64,000 nucleotides of DNA from NCBI GenBank assembly GCA_965207475.1, contig OZ242278.1:1589935-1653934 (forward strand). The letters run 5' to 3'. Within the stretch, counting starts at the first letter, position 1, and each line of letters opens with the position of its first letter. This document shows positions 33,281-41,010 of the stretch, one piece after another. The notes beneath the pieces were generated by a model, which was not told the origin of the DNA, did no database searches, and saw only the letters and a list, made by a program, of their open reading frames with translations. A program made the translations under genes and the position numbers. Source of the DNA: Gammaproteobacteria bacterium. GTDB lineage: Bacteria; Pseudomonadota; Gammaproteobacteria; UBA4575.

Positions 33281-34456
33281 CTACAGCCGCGCGCGCATGT
33301 CGCGCATCGTGAACCGGTCCGCTTCATAGTCTGCCTCTTTCCCCAGCACCATGACCTGAAAACGTTCGCCCAGGGCCGAGCCCAGGGTCAGTTGCTTGAG
33401 CCTTGCCGTCTCTGCCGCGCACGCGGCCGGGTCTTTGCCGGAGGGCCGCCAGTCGAGCAGGCCGTTGGCCAGCATGAAGTTGCGCAGGGAGCCAAAGGAG
33501 AGTACCTGTATAGCCTGCCTGCCCGCTGCCCGCGCCAGCAATGAGAAATCGACGTCCACCGTGATGTCTTGCAATCCCGGAAAGTCAAAAGGGTTGCTGG
33601 ACACCTGGTGCCTGAGGTAGCTGCGCAAGGTTCCCATGCTGCGCTGGGGGTGGTAGTACTCGCTGCACGGGTAGCCGTAATCGATCAGAAACATGACGCA
33701 TTGTCGGCAACATCCGGACCAGTTCGCAAGTACGTTTTCCAGGACAAGGCAGATTTCGCTGCAATACGGTCCGGCGAGCGGCTCAGGCAAACTTGCCATG
33801 AGGTATTCCAGCGCCGTGTCCAGTTCGCTGCACGGGGCTTGCAGGCACCAGTCCAGCTTGCCGTCCCCGGTTGTGGTCACGCATCTCTCTTGCAGCTGGC
33901 AGGGGTCGACGGCAAAACATTTCACGGGCAGTGCATCCAGCACTTCGTTGGCGATCACGATGGCGCAGTCCAGTTCTGCAGGCATTTCCGGCAGCCATTC
34001 TATAACCGGAATGATCTCGGGAGCCTGGCTTTCGAACCGCATGCGCTGTGCAGACCTCATGGTTTCGCTGGTCTCGTGAATGCAGTACTTGCGTGGAAGC
34101 TGCTCCCAGGCGAGCAGGTACCGGATCATGTCCAGAGCAAGCTGCCCGGTGCCTGCACCGATTTCCAGGATACTGTGTCCGGGGTTGTCCCGGATGAGTC
34201 CTGCACAGGCATGAGCCAGGCAATATGCCAGGTGGTCGGACGTCTCCGGTACCGTGACAAAATCACCTTCCTTTCCGATCACCGCGTGATCGCCGTGGTA
34301 ATAGCCCACTGCCGGGTCATGGAGTGCTAGCTGCATGTACCGGTCAAATCCCATACTGCCGCCATGGCGGAGAATTTCCTGCCGGATGCGTTCGGAGCAC
34401 GATGCCGTGCGCTGCAGCTGGTCTGCAGTCGGATTGTAGAAAGGCGGACGGGGCAT
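33281..34456 (-). CDS. Class I SAM-dependent methyltransferase, MidA/NDUFAF7 (DUF185) family
   Basis: An EIGAGTG SAM-binding motif is present and the layout is collinear with NDUFAF7-like proteins. Confidence 0.7.
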   Translation of the reverse strand: MPRPPFYNPTADQLQRTASCSERIRQEILRHGGSMGFDRYMQLALHDPAVGYYHGDHAVIGKEGDFVTVPETSDHLAYCLAHACAGLIRDNPGHSILEIGAGTGQLALDMIRYLLAWEQLPRKYCIHETSETMRSAQRMRFESQAPEIIPVIEWLPEMPAELDCAIVIANEVLDALPVKCFAVDPCQLQERCVTTTGDGKLDWCLQAPCSELDTALEYLMASLPEPLAGPYCSEICLVLENVLANWSGCCRQCVMFLIDYGYPCSEYYHPQRSMGTLRSYLRHQVSSNPFDFPGLQDITVDVDFSLLARAAGRQAIQVLSFGSLRNFMLANGLLDWRPSGKDPAACAAETARLKQLTLGSALGERFQVMVLGKEADYEADRFTMRDMRARL

Positions 34457-34516
34457 TCAGTCTGTCGTTATGAAGTGTTAGAGTCTGGAAAATCGAAAGT
34501 TGTCGCAAGTGTCGAT

Positions 34517-35254
34517 ATGGAAAACTCCAAGGTGGTCATGATAACAGGTGGTGCAAGGCGAATCGGCGCGGAGCTTGTTCGGCATCTGCATCGACACGAA
34601 ATGCGTGTCATCCTGCATTACCGCAACTCAGAGAGTGATGCCCGCAGTCTGGCTGATGAACTGAATGCAAGGCGCAGCAATTCGGTCAGGCTGCTTCAGG
34701 GAGACCTGACGGAGTATGCCAAGATCCCGGCCCTGATGGGACGGGCTTTCAGTTTCTTTGAGCGTCTGGATGCCCTCGTCAACAATGCATCGACCTTTTT
34801 CCCTACGGCTATCGAGAACATCAACGAGGCTGCATGGGAAAGGCTCGTAGGAACCAATCTCAAGGCCCCGCTCTACCTGATACAGGCTGCGGTGCCCTAC
34901 CTGGAATCCACGAGGGGTTGCGTGGTCAATATCGTTGATATCCATGCCGGCCGGCCGCTCAAGGGGTACCCGTTATACTCCATATCCAAGGCGGGGCTTG
35001 CAATGCTGACCCGGTCCATGGCGCGGGAGCTCGCACCCGGGATTCGTGTAAACGGCATTGCACCCGGCGCAATCATGTGGCCGGAAGCCGAGCATTACGA
35101 AGCCATGCACGAGGAGATCATCTCGCGTACGGCCCTGAAGCGGGAAGGCAGCCCGTGCGACATTGCCGATGCAGCCCTGTTCTTGATTCGTCACGCGAAT
35201 TACGTGACCGGGCAAGTCATCGCGGTGGATGGGGGACGCACACTGAGCAATTGA
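34517..35254 (+). CDS. Short-chain dehydrogenase/reductase, pteridine-reductase-like (FolM-like)
   Basis: A TGGARRIG cofactor motif and a YSISK catalytic motif are present. The ATG at 34517 has an SD and was chosen over the longer ORF starting at 34364. Confidence 0.65.
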   Translation: MENSKVVMITGGARRIGAELVRHLHRHEMRVILHYRNSESDARSLADELNARRSNSVRLLQGDLTEYAKIPALMGRAFSFFERLDALVNNASTFFPTAIENINEAAWERLVGTNLKAPLYLIQAAVPYLESTRGCVVNIVDIHAGRPLKGYPLYSISKAGLAMLTRSMARELAPGIRVNGIAPGAIMWPEAEHYEAMHEEIISRTALKREGSPCDIADAALFLIRHANYVTGQVIAVDGGRTLSN

Positions 35255-35263
35255 GGTGTCGCC

Positions 35264-36007
35264 TTACCAGTAGCTTTCCGTAGTGATCTGACCCGGGCTT
35301 CTGCGAAGGTTTTTCTTGAGCCCCTTCTCCTTCAGCGCGCTGCGGGTATCGGCCACCATATCCGGATTTCCGCAAAGCATGGCTTGTGAACAGGCCGGGT
35401 CAAGTTCAATACCTGTCTTTTCCTCCAGCCTGCCGCTCAGGATGGCTGCGGGAATCCGGCCTGGCATGGCGAAGCCGGCAGGTTCGCGGCTTACGAAAGG
35501 GATCATCTGGAATCTTTCGGGATGACGGTTTTCGAAGGTCCGGATCGTATCCCGGTAGCTCAACTCCCGGGCGTGGCGCACTGCATGGACCAGTACGATG
35601 TTTTCAAACCGGCTCCACACTTCCCCGGATTTCAGAATGGACAGGAAAGGTCCCAGGGCGGTGCCTGTGGCAAACATCCAGATGTCCCGTCCGTCGGGAA
35701 CCTCGTTCAGCGTGAAAAACCCGTTCACCCGCCTGTCGATCCAGACCGGGTCGGATTCACGCAGCTCGTACAGGCGGGGAGACAGGGGTCCGTCCTGAAC
35801 CGTGATGGAATAAAACTCGTGGGTGCTTTCATGGGGGGCGTTTACAAAGGAATAGGGCCGTCCCACGATCTGGTCACCTATGTTCAGGCCAAGACGCCCG
35901 TACTGTCCGGCAATGAATGGGTCGATGTCTGCCTCGATGGACAGTGAGTACAGCGTGTCTGTCCAGTGTCTGTTCCTGACGACTTTGCCCTCGATCCAGT
36001 TGCTCAT
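35264..36007 (-). CDS. fpr: Ferredoxin--NADP(+) reductase
   Basis: FAD-binding RPYS and NADP-binding GTALGP motifs are present. The start at MSNW is preferred. Confidence 0.8.
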   Translation of the reverse strand: MSNWIEGKVVRNRHWTDTLYSLSIEADIDPFIAGQYGRLGLNIGDQIVGRPYSFVNAPHESTHEFYSITVQDGPLSPRLYELRESDPVWIDRRVNGFFTLNEVPDGRDIWMFATGTALGPFLSILKSGEVWSRFENIVLVHAVRHARELSYRDTIRTFENRHPERFQMIPFVSREPAGFAMPGRIPAAILSGRLEEKTGIELDPACSQAMLCGNPDMVADTRSALKEKGLKKNLRRSPGQITTESYW

Positions 36008-36069
36008 TGGGTATTGCGGGTGTAGCCTGAATTCATACTGAAATAGGGGCAAGATTCGCAGAAATCAAC

Positions 36070-36405
36070 TCAAGTGTCCTGGAAATCGCCTGGACAAACC
36101 TCGATCCGGCCGTCCTTGATTCGAACCGGATAGCAGCGCAAGGCTTCCGTGGCGGGTTCTTCCATGGGTTGTCCAGTGACCACGCTGAAACGGCTTCCGT
36201 GCAGGGTACAGCTGATCAGTTCCCCCTTCAGGCAACCGAGTGCGAGCGAGGAATCTTCATGTGTGCACATATCATCAACGGCATATACTTTGCCGTCTAC
36301 ATTGGCAAGTAGAATATCCCCATGGGCCATCTTCACTTTCAGGGTATTTCCAGGCGGCAACTGGTCCTGCGAGGCGACGTCAAAAAATCTTTCCTGTGCG
36401 TCCAT
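36070..36405 (-). CDS. Rieske (2Fe-2S) ferredoxin-like protein
   Basis: CTHEDSSL...CTLHGSRF matches the Rieske CxH...CxxH ligand pattern in a 111-aa protein. Confidence 0.75.
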   Translation of the reverse strand: MDAQERFFDVASQDQLPPGNTLKVKMAHGDILLANVDGKVYAVDDMCTHEDSSLALGCLKGELISCTLHGSRFSVVTGQPMEEPATEALRCYPVRIKDGRIEVCPGDFQDT

Positions 36406-36460
36406 GGGTTTCGGAACCGGGAATAACGGTTAGACCGTACAAGTACATTCGAGGCCAATC

Positions 36461-36700
36461 ATGCCTTACTTTATCTATAAAATCACATCCGGATCTTCAG
36501 GTGCCATCAAGGCGCTTGAATGCATTGACAGGTACGACGGGTTCAAACAGGCCAAGAAGTTCATCCGTGAACTGCGCGAACAGACCGTCCTTGACAGCAG
36601 GACCGTGATCAAGATGATTTTTGCTGACGACGAACTGGAAGCTGAACAGAGACTGCGTGAGCCGCGCCAGGCGCCTATACTCAGGGAATGGGAGAAGTAG
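36461..36700 (+). CDS. Hypothetical protein (79 aa)
   Basis: The ORF has plausible coding composition but no recognisable motif. Confidence 0.4.
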   Translation: MPYFIYKITSGSSGAIKALECIDRYDGFKQAKKFIRELREQTVLDSRTVIKMIFADDELEAEQRLREPRQAPILREWEK

Positions 36701-36746
36701 CCTGCCGTGACCCGTTCCCGTCCGGCAATCAGGGTTTCATCCGCCA

Positions 36747-37223
36747 ATGCGCATTCGAGACATGGATGAGCACCAGTATAAAACCACATACCATTTCGTC
36801 AATCCGAACCGGTGCGTGTTTGAAAAAGCACTGAACTCGCGGGTCTGCAACTGCAGCCGGGCCAAACGTTTCAATCTTGCTGACCGCGAGGGCGTTGCAT
36901 GCACTTCCTTGCCCAGGCTGGAGCGCTGCAGCGTTCTGCTTGGCAAGCTCCGTGAGAACGCGAGGTTTGCATTGCAATGCCTGAAGGTCAGCCAGACCCT
37001 GGGGCACGGCGATGAGATCAAGATCCAGAATGGAAGCATGCTGGGGCTGCAGGCGCTCGTCGAGGAAAGCCAGGACACCACGGTCCGGGACATCGATTCA
37101 CTTGTCATCCAGGCGGAACGCAGGTTCGACGGCATCGACGGCTTCCCGTATTCACGACTCATGCAAGGGGTCATCGCCTATCGGTCTCGCAATCGTCGCA
37201 AGAAATCCAGGACCAGCAAGTAG
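36747..37223 (+). CDS. Hypothetical protein (158 aa), Cys-containing N-terminal region, basic C-terminus
   Basis: The ORF has coding-like codon usage. The start is uncertain (36747 or 36762). Confidence 0.4.
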   Translation: MRIRDMDEHQYKTTYHFVNPNRCVFEKALNSRVCNCSRAKRFNLADREGVACTSLPRLERCSVLLGKLRENARFALQCLKVSQTLGHGDEIKIQNGSMLGLQALVEESQDTTVRDIDSLVIQAERRFDGIDGFPYSRLMQGVIAYRSRNRRKKSRTSK

Positions 37224-37229
37224 AGATCA

Positions 37230-37832
37230 ATGCAAACGGTTACCAGGCTGGACCGCTTGCTGGTTGAGGCACGAGCTTGCCGTGTATGTGAGCACGAGTT
37301 GCCGCTCGGGGCCAATCCGGTCTTGCGTGCAGGGCATGGCGCCAGGATACTGATCGTGGGCCAGGCTCCGGGAATCAGGGTGCACAGGACCGGTGTTCCC
37401 TGGAATGATCCGAGTGGCAAACGTCTGCGCGAATGGATGGATCTTGAAGATTGCGTGTTCTATGACGAGCGACGGGTTGCAATCATCCCGATGGGGTTCT
37501 GCTACCCGGGCAAGGGTCCCTCGGGCGACCTGCCGCCACGAAAGGAATGCGCACCACTGTGGCACAAGAGACTGTTGGACATGCTTCCAGAAGTCCAGCT
37601 TGTACTGCTTGTCGGGCAGTATGCCCAGAAGTACTACCTGGCAAATCCCGGCACCACGCTTGCAGATACGGTGCGACGGTGGAAACAGTATGGCCCGAGG
37701 TATTTCCCGCTCCCACACCCTTCACCGAGAAACATCGGCTGGCTGAAAAAAAACAGCTGGTTCGAATCCGAAACCGTACCCCAGTTGCGCAAGAGAATTC
37801 ATGCGGTATTGCACGGGCGTCCGTTCAGCTAG
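37230..37832 (+). CDS. Uracil-DNA glycosylase family protein (family 4/5-like)
   Basis: GQAPG and HPSPRN motifs typical of the UDG superfamily are present. Confidence 0.75.
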   Translation: MQTVTRLDRLLVEARACRVCEHELPLGANPVLRAGHGARILIVGQAPGIRVHRTGVPWNDPSGKRLREWMDLEDCVFYDERRVAIIPMGFCYPGKGPSGDLPPRKECAPLWHKRLLDMLPEVQLVLLVGQYAQKYYLANPGTTLADTVRRWKQYGPRYFPLPHPSPRNIGWLKKNSWFESETVPQLRKRIHAVLHGRPFS

Positions 37833-38085
37833 GCCGAGATGAGACCCGGGAATCCCGGGCAGCGTACGGGCCTGCCCCGGTACGGCATTTGTCAGGGCAA
37901 TTGATGGTCAAGTTCCTGGAATATTTCAGGGACAGGGCCGGCTGCACAGGAACGCGGATGCGGCCATTTAAAAAAGCAATAGGCACTTTAGATTATCTCG
38001 CAACTATCTATATATGAATATTAACATATACTAATATATATCCTATACTGCCCTCAACACATTTAACCAGTTCGAGGACAGTAAC

Positions 38086-38199
38086 ATGGATAGAATCTTC
38101 TCAAAAATTAACGATCTGAACACCGTACTCTGGGTGGAGACGGCAGTGTTTATTGCAGCTGTAGGCCTCATCTTCGGTCTTGTTGTGGGGGTTTTGTAG
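38086..38199 (+). CDS. Candidate small ORF (37 aa) with hydrophobic C-terminal helix, preceded by a GAGGA Shine-Dalgarno
   Basis: The reading is MDRIFSKINDLNTVLWVETAVFIAAVGLIFGLVVGVL. It lies in the AT-rich region just upstream of the RiPP block and is not in the ORF track (shorter than 60 aa). Confidence 0.25.
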   Translation: MDRIFSKINDLNTVLWVETAVFIAAVGLIFGLVVGVL

Positions 38200-38455
38200 C
38201 CAGTAACGATACTTCATGCACCGGTCATGACCGGCCGGGTCACGACCGGTGCATGCCTGGATTCATGCGTATGGGCTGCATGTGACCTGCAGCATCTCAA
38301 CACCTTCTGAAAGTACACGGCAGTCCCTGCCGAACAGCTGCCCGTATCGTTGACCACGTACTCGGAGCTGCCCGGAGCAAGACAGCTTGACAAGGCAGTC
38401 CAGTTGCTGACAATAAGCTTATCAGGGTGTAAATCTGAATAGGCTGGAGGTCGCG

Positions 38456-40903
38456 ATGGCGGAGTATATGGCAGAACCGGGCGGCCTGGATCCCGGTATA
38501 TCTAGAAGAGGTATGGTCGAGCCGTCGGTTCTGAATGCTCTCCCGCACTTTTTGTCCCTTACAGTTTTTCCACTTTTAATCTGTGCCGTGGTATACGGTG
38601 GCTGGTGGATCATCGGGCCGTTTGTCTACTTCGGGCTCGCAAACTGGTTTGACTCGCTGTTTGGCATGGAAAAGCGAAACATGGACCCGGGCAATACGCT
38701 CGAAAGCCAGTTATTCCTGTACAAGCTAGCTGTCTGGATGTGGGCTGTGATGTGGCCCGCCACACTCGTGCTCTCGCTTTGGCTGATGCTTGTCGCTGAC
38801 CATTTGGCCGTTTGGGAATCTGCACTGATCACCATCACCTTGTTTTTTACAGCCCAGTCAATCTTCATCGTTGGACATGAGCTGGTGCACAGGACCTCCT
38901 GGCTGGAAAGACGGTTTGGTGAATTCCTCTTGGCGTCGTCTTCCTATCCGCATTACGCTACTGAACATATTTATGTTCATCATTCTCTGGCCTGTACGCC
39001 TGCTGATCCCGGGTCTGCGAGAAAGGGCCAGAGTTTCTGGCAGTACTTTCCCAGGGATTTGAGGCGAAGTCTGATCGAGTCCTGGCGTTTTGAGCGCGAC
39101 CGGCTTGCACGACGGCACTTGCCTGTGTGGCACTATACGAATCCTTTCTGGCGCTACTCCCTAGAAACCGCTGCGTGGTATGCGCTGGTGTACTGGATGG
39201 GAGGGATCTGGGTAGCGCTGGTCTTCGCCGTATTGTGTTTCTTCCTTGTCCTGTCGATGAAAATCATCAACTATGTCCAGCACTATGGGCTGGAGCGCAT
39301 CCGCCTTCCCGGCGGCCGGTATGAGCCGGTTCTGGTGCGACACTCCTGGAGTGCTGCCAGCAGGTTCACCAACTGGCTCTATTACAATATGCAACGCCAT
39401 TCGGACCATCACACCGAGGCCACCCGGTACTACCCGCTGTTGCAGTATCACGGTGGGGACGAGTCGCCACAGTTACCGGAAGGTTACTCCGCGATGGCTA
39501 ATTACGCGATGGTCCCTCGTGTCTGGTTCCGAAAGATGGATCCGCTGGTTGATCGCTGGCGTGCACACTTTTATCCACAGATTGAGGACTGGAGCGCCTA
39601 TGACAGCGCTGCATACGCTGCCTGCCCGGACGAGTTCGAAGCCATTTCGGAGATCTATGATGCCGCACCACGCATGGCCGAATGGATAAACCGGGCTCCG
39701 GAACTGCTCGAGAGCCTGCGGGACAGGGAGTTCACCGCTCTTGACCTCCCGGATGGCTTCGCCCCGGATCCGGAATTCGAAATGGTTGCGCGGCGAGGGC
39801 TGGCGCGTGTGTACTGGACACGCGAGTTTGATGTTTCTGAAATGAAGGAGCAACTTGCCGCAATACCGGCCCAGGGCGTAAAGGAAGTGGTAGAGACTGC
39901 AAGAAACTGGCTCAACGACAAGGTCTTTCAGATCAGCATGCACATGATCCGCGGTAATCTGCAGCCGACCGAGGCAGGGAAAGTCCTGTCCAACCTTGCC
40001 GAGGCCTCGGTCTGCATCCTGCTGTCGGCGGTTGAGGTGGAATTTGCCAACCGGCGTCGTCGACGCGGCGAAGGTGCCGTCACAGCTGTACTTCTGGGTG
40101 AATCTGCCAGCGGAGAGGCAGCACCCGGTACAAGGCTCGATGTCATGTTCGCGTACGAAGGCGGCCCTGTAGAATATTATCAAGCCCTGTGCAGACGGTT
40201 CCTTGAGGAACTGCGTACATTTTCGCATGAAAACCTGCTTTTTCAGCCACTTCCACGTGGCGGGAAGGGAAGGGGTGTCTGGTCCGTGGCTGAATTTGCC
40301 GAACATTACCGGGGAGACACGGTGAACGGTCTGCCGGACCTCATTCAGTCACGGTGTGTCTTTGAATCCGGAAATCCCGGAATTTGGACCCGCCTGGACA
40401 CGGTGCGACACGAAGTCCTGTCCTCTGGTGCTTCCCGCATCGCACAGGCAGATGCGTTGCGTGAAGCTCTGGGAGCAGCCGGTACGGCCGAACCGGGTCT
40501 GCAGTCGATCGAAGAAATGCGTGGTGGCCTTCGGGAGCTCGTGCATGCAGCCAGGCTGGTACAACTGGCCCATGCCGGTGAGGCTCCTGAAATTCTGGTT
40601 CCTGATACGGCTTCCGCATTCCGGACTGCAGGCAGTCTCGGGCTGATTGCCGGGGATGTCTCCAGGCGGCTGGCCGATGCAGCAGAGATGTGGTTGAACC
40701 TGCATGGCATTTTGCGACTGGTGGTCAAGGATGGCTTTGCCATCGAGAAGGCAACACCGAAGGTCCAAGCCGTCATTGCCCGTTCCTGCGGGATGAAGGA
40801 TTTCAGTGCGCTGACCGATGCAATACATGAAACGGCGGACCGTACCGCTGCAGACATCGATGCGCTGGACAGCACAGTCCTGAAATCAACCCGTATATCC
40901 TGA
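38456..40903 (+). CDS. Fusion protein: AlkB/fatty-acid-desaturase-type membrane di-iron oxygenase (N-terminal) + GlnE/GlnD-like nucleotidyltransferase domain (C-terminal)
   Basis: His boxes HELVHR, EHIYVHH, NYVQHYGL and RHSDHH lie within TM segments. The C-terminal half aligns with the GlnE adenylyltransferase core (LDVMFAYEG; LFQPLPRGGKGRGVWSVAEFAEHY; LIQSRCVFESGNP). A GGAGG SD precedes the ATG. Confidence 0.7.
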   Translation: MAEYMAEPGGLDPGISRRGMVEPSVLNALPHFLSLTVFPLLICAVVYGGWWIIGPFVYFGLANWFDSLFGMEKRNMDPGNTLESQLFLYKLAVWMWAVMWPATLVLSLWLMLVADHLAVWESALITITLFFTAQSIFIVGHELVHRTSWLERRFGEFLLASSSYPHYATEHIYVHHSLACTPADPGSARKGQSFWQYFPRDLRRSLIESWRFERDRLARRHLPVWHYTNPFWRYSLETAAWYALVYWMGGIWVALVFAVLCFFLVLSMKIINYVQHYGLERIRLPGGRYEPVLVRHSWSAASRFTNWLYYNMQRHSDHHTEATRYYPLLQYHGGDESPQLPEGYSAMANYAMVPRVWFRKMDPLVDRWRAHFYPQIEDWSAYDSAAYAACPDEFEAISEIYDAAPRMAEWINRAPELLESLRDREFTALDLPDGFAPDPEFEMVARRGLARVYWTREFDVSEMKEQLAAIPAQGVKEVVETARNWLNDKVFQISMHMIRGNLQPTEAGKVLSNLAEASVCILLSAVEVEFANRRRRRGEGAVTAVLLGESASGEAAPGTRLDVMFAYEGGPVEYYQALCRRFLEELRTFSHENLLFQPLPRGGKGRGVWSVAEFAEHYRGDTVNGLPDLIQSRCVFESGNPGIWTRLDTVRHEVLSSGASRIAQADALREALGAAGTAEPGLQSIEEMRGGLRELVHAARLVQLAHAGEAPEILVPDTASAFRTAGSLGLIAGDVSRRLADAAEMWLNLHGILRLVVKDGFAIEKATPKVQAVIARSCGMKDFSALTDAIHETADRTAADIDALDSTVLKSTRIS

Positions 40904-41010
40904 GCTTGCACACAGTACGGGCAGGCAGGTTACAAGAGCCCATGACTGAATGGTGCCGACTGGCATGATCGGTCTGGCAGGCACTACCCCGGAGTCGGAG
41001 AATTTCTAGC

